NCBI GenBank assembly: GCA_948470755.1
Contig: CAOKPU010000006.1
Location: 7,723-71,722 of the forward strand
Length of the DNA: 64,000 nucleotides
Direction: 5' to 3'
DNA from: an uncultured Lachnospiraceae bacterium
GTDB lineage: Bacteria > Bacillota > Clostridia > Lachnospirales > Lachnospiraceae
The translations under genes were made by a program, and so were the position numbers. Within the stretch, counting starts at the first letter, position 1. Each line of letters begins with the position of its first letter. Shown here piece after piece: positions 57,481 through 64,000 of this stretch. The notes beneath the pieces are model-generated. The model searched no databases and had not been told where the DNA came from. It saw only the letters and a list, made by a program, of their open reading frames with translations.

Positions 57481-59587
57481 CATGAAGGAAAATAATAAGC
57501 GAAGGATATGGCTCTGGATTATATCCGCATTGTTTTGGTTTTTTTATTATCCGGTAAGTATGGCTATGCTGATGAGCCGTAAGCAAGGGCATAACCGTAT
57601 CGACGGGCTGACAGGCGCTGCGGCTAAGGAACGACTTGTCAAAGCGGCATATGGGTGGTTGAATTATAACCATGGAGCGATTGTATTCATCATAGTTATT
57701 ATTGCCATAATATGTGCAATACAGGGATTTTCTTATTTGTACAGCAGGAAGAGGGTCGATATGTATCATAGCGTTCCGGTAAAGAAATCCCGCAGGTTTG
57801 TTGTTATTTTTATCAATGGAGTACTGATTTGCTTTATACCTTATGTATTGAATCTGTTTTTAGCTATTTTGGCGGCATGGATAAGCGGGGGTATGAACGG
57901 GCATAATTTTGTAACGGCAATGGTTACTATGATTTTGAATTTAGTCCTTTATTTGGGGATTTACGGATTAGCATTGATTGCAGTGATGTTAACCGGCAAG
58001 CTGATCATTACCATATTTGCCGTATTGATCTTTCTCATATATGAGCTGGCGGTGCGGATGATCATAGAAGAATACCAAAGAATGTTCTTTTCTTATTTTT
58101 CCACTTATTCGGTAAATGATGCGCTTTATTTATCGCCATTGTCACGAGTAACGGAAGTAATGGAGTCAGTGGATAGGGCAGGAGAAAGGATAGGACCTGT
58201 TTTGTGGTCGTCCATGCCTTCCATTCTCATCGCTCTGCTTATGGCGGCGGCTTTTATTGGCATTGCTTATTTCTGTTATATAAAAAGGCCGGCCGAAGCC
58301 GCAGGGAAAACAATGGCTTTTGACAGGACCAAAGCGGCGGTGAAGCTTTTCCTTACGGTGCCGTTTAGCCTTGGAATGATCAGCATTATCTCCAGTATTG
58401 TAGAAGACAATGATGGTTTTATCCTGTTTGGGATGGTTATGGCAGTGATTTTGAGCAACTGTATTATTGAAGTAATATATGAAGCGGATTTAAAAGCGGC
58501 TTTCAGGAAAAAATATCAGATTTTCATTTCAGGAGGATGTACGGCGGTTATCTTTAGTATTTTTGCCTTTGACCTTATAGGCTATGATGCATGGGTGCCT
58601 TCGCCGGAAAAAATAGAATCCGCTTATTTCCTGTTTTATGATGTGAATCGTTGGGGGACTTATATGGATGAGGATATGGAATATGCCAGTCCGGCAGATT
58701 ACGCCTTATCCAAGCCCGGGGTGACGGACATAGAAGCCATCTGCGAATTGTCTCAAAATAAGGCAAGCGGAGAAGATGCGGTTGTATGGCTTGATGTCGC
58801 ATACCGGATGAAGAACGGGAAGATAGTCTGGAGGAATTTTGCAGTCAGCGGCCGGCAAGAAGAGTTATTAAACCGGGTGATTGGTTCAGAGGAATATAAA
58901 AAGATGTCTTATCAGCTTTATGACGATGACAGCTTTGCGTTTTTTAAGGAATATGATGTAAAGGAATTTACTTTTAACAGCGGTTTCAGGATTGATAATC
59001 TGCCTTCTGAAGATTGGGTTATTTTCCGGGAAGCATGGAAAAAAGATATGCGGAATCTGTCTTATACCGGTATGCGGGATGAATTCGCCTGCGGGAGGAT
59101 CAGCATAGATTTCCCGGTGATACGGAATAGGAGCAGTTGGTTTGCGTATGATATTTATCCTTCTTTTACAAATGTGATCGCTTTTCTGAAAGAACGGGGC
59201 ATAGATCCAATGGAGTCTTTGGATGCGGAAAAGATTGCAAGCATTACGGTCTGCAATGAGCATGCAAAAGAGAGGGAAGCCATATACCGTCAGAAGCTGG
59301 AGGAGGTTGGGGAAGCGCAGGCTTCACTGTTTATGAATTCTGTGGACACATCTGTGACGAAAACTTATACGGAGAAAGAAAAGATAGAAGAGCTGGTAGA
59401 AGCAATGTATCACAGGGAATTGTCGCTGGCATGGAAATTACCGGGAACGGTCAACGATGATTACAGCGTGACGATACGGTATAAGGACGAGCAAGTGGAT
59501 AATGCGGTATACAGAGGGTCTTCCAGCGCCTATCTTATCGCGGACAGGATCCCTTCCTGGCTGGAAAGCGAGACTGCATATAAATGA
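57452..59587 (+). CDS. Large (711-aa) ABC-associated membrane protein with a C-terminal soluble domain
   Basis: The N-terminal half has multiple TM helices and the C-terminal ~330 aa are hydrophilic. It overlaps the ATPase gene by 29 nt. Confidence 0.6.
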   Translation: MMSKNSFWVSMKENNKRRIWLWIISALFWFFYYPVSMAMLMSRKQGHNRIDGLTGAAAKERLVKAAYGWLNYNHGAIVFIIVIIAIICAIQGFSYLYSRKRVDMYHSVPVKKSRRFVVIFINGVLICFIPYVLNLFLAILAAWISGGMNGHNFVTAMVTMILNLVLYLGIYGLALIAVMLTGKLIITIFAVLIFLIYELAVRMIIEEYQRMFFSYFSTYSVNDALYLSPLSRVTEVMESVDRAGERIGPVLWSSMPSILIALLMAAAFIGIAYFCYIKRPAEAAGKTMAFDRTKAAVKLFLTVPFSLGMISIISSIVEDNDGFILFGMVMAVILSNCIIEVIYEADLKAAFRKKYQIFISGGCTAVIFSIFAFDLIGYDAWVPSPEKIESAYFLFYDVNRWGTYMDEDMEYASPADYALSKPGVTDIEAICELSQNKASGEDAVVWLDVAYRMKNGKIVWRNFAVSGRQEELLNRVIGSEEYKKMSYQLYDDDSFAFFKEYDVKEFTFNSGFRIDNLPSEDWVIFREAWKKDMRNLSYTGMRDEFACGRISIDFPVIRNRSSWFAYDIYPSFTNVIAFLKERGIDPMESLDAEKIASITVCNEHAKEREAIYRQKLEEVGEAQASLFMNSVDTSVTKTYTEKEKIEELVEAMYHRELSLAWKLPGTVNDDYSVTIRYKDEQVDNAVYRGSSSAYLIADRIPSWLESETAYK

Positions 59588-59773
59588 AGAGAAGACGGCG
59601 CATTCCTATATTTTACCGGATGCAGCATTATCATACGGAAAACATGGAAGAATGATTTTTAGAAATAGGGAAATAAATATAGAGGAAATAGTTTATGTAT
59701 AGTGCGGATTAAGTTTTGCACAAGAATCTGGGTGCAGGCCCTGGATGACGGGCTGGCAGGAATGGAGGAAGCT

Positions 59774-61078
59774 ATGAATCTATATTTAAAAATTACGGAT
59801 GTCTGCGGAAGGGAGATCCTGGATTCCAGAGGGAATCCTACGGTAGAAGCGGAAGTAACCGTAGAAGGCAGTATCGTGGGGCGCGCCGCAGTTCCTTCGG
59901 GAGCGAGTACCGGCCGTTTTGAAGCGGTGGAATTAAGGGACGGGGAAACCAGATATTATGGCCTGGGAGTTAAAAATGCGGTAAAAAATATCAATACGAA
60001 GCTAAAAGACGCCCTTGTAGGGAAAAATGTTCTCGAACAGAGCTTGATCGACCGGATATTGGTGGAAACAGACGGTACGGATAACAAAGGGAATTTGGGG
60101 GCTAATGCGACTTTGGGTGTTTCCATGGCATGTGCCAGAGCGGCGGCGGAAGCCTTGGAAATGCCTCTTTACCGGTATTTGGGCGGAGTGCATCCAAGGC
60201 TGCTTCCCGTACCGATGATGAACATTTTAAACGGCGGGAAACACGCTGCAAATACCGTGGATTTTCAAGAATTTATGATTATGCCGGTCCAGGCGGAAAG
60301 CTTCGCGGACGGACTGCGTATTTGCGCGGAAATCTATCATAACCTGAAAAAGATATTAAATGACAGGGGGCTGTCCACCGGGGTGGGGGATGAGGGAGGA
60401 TTTGCACCGGATCTTCCTGACGCGCCGGCAGTCCTTTCCCTGATCGTGGAAGCTATTGAGACGAGCAAATATATTCCGGGGCAGGATATTAAAATTGCTT
60501 TAGATGTGGCAAGCAGTGAACTATATAACGAAAAAACGGGAATGTACCACTTTCCGGGCGAAAGCAGGCTGACGGGAAGCGAAGTAGTCAGGGATACGGC
60601 GGAGATGATTTCATATTATGAAGAATTAATTGAAAAATTCCCGATTATTTCGATTGAAGACGGTTTGGCCGAGGACGATTGGGACGGCTGGAAGGAACTG
60701 ACGAAACGGCTGGGAGGAAAAATACAGTTGGTAGGCGATGATTTATTTGTCACCAATACAAAACGGCTGGATGCAGGGATCAAACTACAGGTGGCTAATG
60801 CGATTCTAGTGAAAGTCAACCAGATTGGCACAGTATCGGAGGCAATGGAAGCGATTGAAATGGCGCATAAGAATGCGTACCGGGCAGTGATTTCCCATCG
60901 GTCGGGAGAAACGGAAGATACCTTTATTGCAGATCTGGCAGTAGCGGTCAATGCCGGTCAGATAAAGACGGGTGCGCCCTGCAGATCCGACAGGGTGGCA
61001 AAATATAACCAGCTTCTTAGGATTGAAGAAGGATTGGGTGAAGCCGGGGCCTATAAGGAGCCGTTTAATAAGATGTAA
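59774..61078 (+). CDS. eno: Enolase
   Basis: The ATG at 59774 follows GGAGGAA. It has ..[16 protein letters not shown].. and ..SHRSGETED.. Confidence 0.92.
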   Translation: MNLYLKITDVCGREILDSRGNPTVEAEVTVEGSIVGRAAVPSGASTGRFEAVELRDGETRYYGLGVKNAVKNINTKLKDALVGKNVLEQSLIDRILVETDGTDNKGNLGANATLGVSMACARAAAEALEMPLYRYLGGVHPRLLPVPMMNILNGGKHAANTVDFQEFMIMPVQAESFADGLRICAEIYHNLKKILNDRGLSTGVGDEGGFAPDLPDAPAVLSLIVEAIETSKYIPGQDIKIALDVASSELYNEKTGMYHFPGESRLTGSEVVRDTAEMISYYEELIEKFPIISIEDGLAEDDWDGWKELTKRLGGKIQLVGDDLFVTNTKRLDAGIKLQVANAILVKVNQIGTVSEAMEAIEMAHKNAYRAVISHRSGETEDTFIADLAVAVNAGQIKTGAPCRSDRVAKYNQLLRIEEGLGEAGAYKEPFNKM

Positions 61079-61182
61079 GATTCAGGAAAAAGCAGGCGGC
61101 AGGGAAAGGATAGAGGATGCCTTGCCGCCTTTGCCCTTTTAGAGTTTCAAAGAAGAGGGGCGAAATTGGAAGGAGGAGAAAG

Positions 61183-61728
61183 ATGAAGAGGATATTGGTA
61201 GTTGTGGATATGCAGAATGATTTTATTGATGGGGCCCTGGGAACGGCGGAGGCGGCCGGTATTGTAAATAAGGTGATAAAGAAGATACATAGTTATTCGG
61301 ACGCGGGGGACCTGGTCTATGCAACGAGGGATACCCATGGGGAAGATTATCTGGAAACTTCCGAAGGAAAATACCTTCCGGTGAAGCATTGCATAAAAGG
61401 GACAAAAGGATGGGAAATACACAAAGAAGTGGAGGAGGCTTTACGCGAACGGAAGGCTGTCATCATAGATAAACCGACATTTGGATCGGAAGAATTAGTA
61501 CAAAAATTGTGGGAAGAAAATCAGAGGGACGAAATGGAGATTGAACTGACAGGCCTTTGTACGGACATCTGTGTCGTGACAAATGCGTTGCTTTTAAAAA
61601 CAAAACTCCCGGAAACCAAAATCAGCGTGGATGCTTCCTGTTGTGCTGGCGTAACGCCTAAAAGCCATGCGGCGGCATTGCTGACAATGGAAATGTGCCA
61701 AATCGAAAGAAAAGAGGGGAAATGCTAA
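61183..61728 (+). CDS. Isochorismatase-family cysteine hydrolase (nicotinamidase-like)
   Basis: It has VVVDMQNDF, DKPTFGS and GLCTDICV, which together form a D-K-C triad pattern. The ATG at 61183 follows GGAGGAG. Confidence 0.8.
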   Translation: MKRILVVVDMQNDFIDGALGTAEAAGIVNKVIKKIHSYSDAGDLVYATRDTHGEDYLETSEGKYLPVKHCIKGTKGWEIHKEVEEALRERKAVIIDKPTFGSEELVQKLWEENQRDEMEIELTGLCTDICVVTNALLLKTKLPETKISVDASCCAGVTPKSHAAALLTMEMCQIERKEGKC

Positions 61729-61815
61729 CGGTAAATTAGAAAAATTCCCCAAAGTACTTGAAAACTTCCCGCAACTATGCTAAACTTAAATCCGCATGTA
61801 TCAGGAGGTGTAGAA

Positions 61816-62055
61816 ATGCAGGCTTTAAGAACAGTATTATTAATAGTCTTTATTATAATTTGTATAGCGTTGGTTATATTAGTATTGATGCAGGAAGGAA
61901 AATCGGCAGGTTTGGGTGCGATCAGCGGTGCGGCTGAGACATACTGGGGGAAGAATAAAGGCCGTTCCATGGAGGGCGCTTTAGTAAAGATCACGAAGTA
62001 TTTGGCAGTCGGCTTTATTGTTTTAGCGGTTATCTTAAATCTGAATGTATTTTAA
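61816..62055 (+). CDS. secG: Preprotein translocase subunit SecG
   Basis: It has two TM helices and ..VLMQEGKSAGLG... The ATG at 61816 follows AGGAGG. Confidence 0.8.
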   Translation: MQALRTVLLIVFIIICIALVILVLMQEGKSAGLGAISGAAETYWGKNKGRSMEGALVKITKYLAVGFIVLAVILNLNVF

Positions 62056-62067
62056 GGGAAGATACGA

Positions 62068-62098
62068 AAGCGCTCTTGCAGGATCAAGGGCGTTTTTG
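62068..62098 (+). terminator. Rho-independent terminator after secG
   Basis: CGCTCTTG-loop-CAAGGGCG is followed by TTTTTG. Confidence 0.6.
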
Positions 62099-62232
62099 TT
62101 TTATCCGTATGGGAAAGCACCGCGTATCTTTCATATAGAGAAACAAAGGTGACAGATGTTTTTTTATCGTTATATTTCAGGTGTCGGATAGGCTTTTTGA
62201 CATCTGGATCTTAATAAGGAATCAGAGGGAAA

Positions 62233-64000
62233 ATGGATAGGCACTTACAGGAAAAAAGAAAAAAAATAATATGCGAACTGATACAGGATCAAATTTATGT
62301 TCCTATGAAAGAGAAAGAAATGGCAGCCTTTATGCAGGTGGCAAAAGAAGATCGGGAAGAATTCCACAAACTTCTGGATGAACTTTTAAGGGAAGGCAGG
62401 ATTGGCATAACTGAGAAAGGGAAATATATAAAACCAGGCAAAGATGTTTTAAAGGGGACTTTTATCAGCAATGCGAGAGGCTTTGGGTTTGTGGAGGCGG
62501 AAGGGATGGAGAATGACCTGTTTATTCCGGAAGACGGGGTTAACGGGGCTTTCCATAACGACACTGTCCAGGTAAGGCTTTTGCCGGAACAGTCAGGAAA
62601 ACGGCAGGAAGCGGAAGTTGTGCGGATTTTAAGCCGGGGAACGGCACAAGTGGTGGGGACTTTTCAAAAAGGGAAAAATTATGGTTTTGTGGTGCCGGAT
62701 AATACAAAACTGGCAACGGACGTTTTTGTTCCCGCTGAATGGTCTAAAGGAGCCGTTGACGGGCATAAAGTAGTTGTGGAACTGACGAATTATGGAAATG
62801 AAAAGAAAAATCCGGAAGGGAAAGTAACGGAAATCCTTGGGCATATCAATGACCCTGGCGTGGATGTACTTTCCATTGTAAAAAGCTTTGACATCCCTAT
62901 GGAGTTTGAGGAGAGGGTTTTAAATCAGGCGGTAAGGGTGGCTTCGGAAGTATCGGAAGCGGACAGGCAGGGACGGGAAGACTTGAGGGATCTTCTAATG
63001 GTAACCATTGACGGTGAAGACGCCAAAGATCTGGACGACGCGGTGAGTCTTGTAAAAGAAGGGGATTTTTATCATTTAGGCGTCCACATTGCGGATGTGA
63101 CGAATTATGTGCAGGAAAATTCCGCATTGGACAGAGAAGCGTTAAAACGCGGCACCAGCGTCTATCTGGTGGACAGGGTAATTCCTATGCTGCCTCACAA
63201 GCTTTCTAACGGTATCTGTTCCCTGAACGAAGGGGTAGACCGGCTGGCATTAAGCTGTCTGATGAAAATAAATGAAAATGGCGAAGTAAAGGACTATCGG
63301 ATTGTGGAGTCGGTAATCCGTGTGGACCGGCGCATGACCTATACAAGCGTAAAGAAGATTTTAGAAGAAAAAGATGCGGAGGAGAGGCTAAAATACGAGG
63401 CCTTTGTTCCCATGTTTGAACAGATGGGAGCGTTGTCCGCTATACTCCGGGCAAAAAGGAGGAAAAGAGGCTCCATAGATTTTGATTTCCCGGAAACGAA
63501 GATCATACTGGATAAAGAAGGAAGACCTGTTGATATCAAGCCATATGAGAGAAATACGGCGACCAAGATTATTGAAGATTTTATGTTATTGGCGAACGAG
63601 ACGGTAGCAGAGCATTTTTACTGGATGGATATGCCTTTTGTTTACCGCACCCATGATAATCCGGATCCGGAAAAAATCAATCAGCTTGGGATATTTATCG
63701 GCAATTTTGGTTACGGCATGAAAACAGCGGGAGAAGAAGTGCATCCGAAGGAGATACAGAAACTTCTGGGTAAGGTGGAGGGGACGCCTGAAGAAGCCCT
63801 GATCAGCCGGCTGGCCCTGCGCAGCATGAAGCAGGCAAAGTATTCGGTAGAATGCACAGGCCATTTTGGGCTGGCCTGCGGATATTACTGTCATTTCACT
63901 TCCCCTATCCGCAGATATCCTGATTTACAGATCCATAGGATCATCAAGGAGCATTTGAGGAACCGCCTGAAAGAAAACCGCATCCAGCATTACGAATCGA
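62233..64000 (+). CDS. rnr: Ribonuclease R (3' end outside the window)
   Basis: This was hand-translated from the ATG at 62233: MDRHLQEKRKKIICELIQDQ..GTFISNARGFGFVEAEG..VTIDGEDAKDLDDAVSL.. (RNB motif). The frame is open to the window end, and the gene is absent from the ORF track because no stop lies within the window. Confidence 0.85.
   Translation, partial: MDRHLQEKRKKIICELIQDQIYVPMKEKEMAAFMQVAKEDREEFHKLLDELLREGRIGITEKGKYIKPGKDVLKGTFISNARGFGFVEAEGMENDLFIPEDGVNGAFHNDTVQVRLLPEQSGKRQEAEVVRILSRGTAQVVGTFQKGKNYGFVVPDNTKLATDVFVPAEWSKGAVDGHKVVVELTNYGNEKKNPEGKVTEILGHINDPGVDVLSIVKSFDIPMEFEERVLNQAVRVASEVSEADRQGREDLRDLLMVTIDGEDAKDLDDAVSLVKEGDFYHLGVHIADVTNYVQENSALDREALKRGTSVYLVDRVIPMLPHKLSNGICSLNEGVDRLALSCLMKINENGEVKDYRIVESVIRVDRRMTYTSVKKILEEKDAEERLKYEAFVPMFEQMGALSAILRAKRRKRGSIDFDFPETKIILDKEGRPVDIKPYERNTATKIIEDFMLLANETVAEHFYWMDMPFVYRTHDNPDPEKINQLGIFIGNFGYGMKTAGEEVHPKEIQKLLGKVEGTPEEALISRLALRSMKQAKYSVECTGHFGLACGYYCHFTSPIRRYPDLQIHRIIKEHLRNRLKENRIQHYES

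Overview
This looks like a 64-kb chromosomal segment from a spore-forming Firmicute, probably a Clostridia or Lachnospiraceae-like organism. That guess rests on the yqfC-yqfD-phoH-ybeY cluster, gene content and codon style. No database search was run, so all product names come from motif recognition in the ORF-track proteins.

Most of the window is ordinary, densely packed housekeeping DNA:
- nfnAB-like oxidoreductase and rlmH
- proB and a proA fusion
- potABCD
- aroC, tgt and yajC
- leuB-ilvD-ilvB
- serC-serA
- glgB and a tRNA-Thr(CGT)
- gpmI, eno, secG and rnr

The one clearly accessory region is a 6,192-bp insertion at the 3' end of rlmH, spanning nt 5196-11408. It is bounded by a 21-bp direct repeat (20/21 identical) that re-creates the last rlmH codons, and it has 11-bp inverted repeats just inside each end. 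This is the same target and architecture as staphylococcal SCC elements, here in a non-staphylococcal background. Its cargo is:
- a large serine recombinase, apparently frameshifted
- a translationally coupled four-gene operon (frameshifted DUF1643 gene, two unknowns, and a 48-aa membrane peptide)
- a 25-aa hydrophobic peptide with its own RBS and terminator
- a ~780-bp ORF-free AT-rich region with inverted AAGGAC repeats
- a SymE-like fusion protein
- an Rpn-type PD-(D/E)XK nuclease

This element and its uncharacterised cargo are the best candidate for something new.

Other observations worth a second look:
- two families of structured intergenic repeats, one of them a 233-bp near-perfect palindrome sitting between a stop codon and its terminator
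- a multi-hairpin array containing GCGAAGC mini-hairpins
- an in-frame 5-formyl-THF cyclo-ligase::ProA fusion
- a GlgB with a ~130-aa Lys/Glu-rich tail
- tandem 12-bp perfect palindromes in a divergent promoter region
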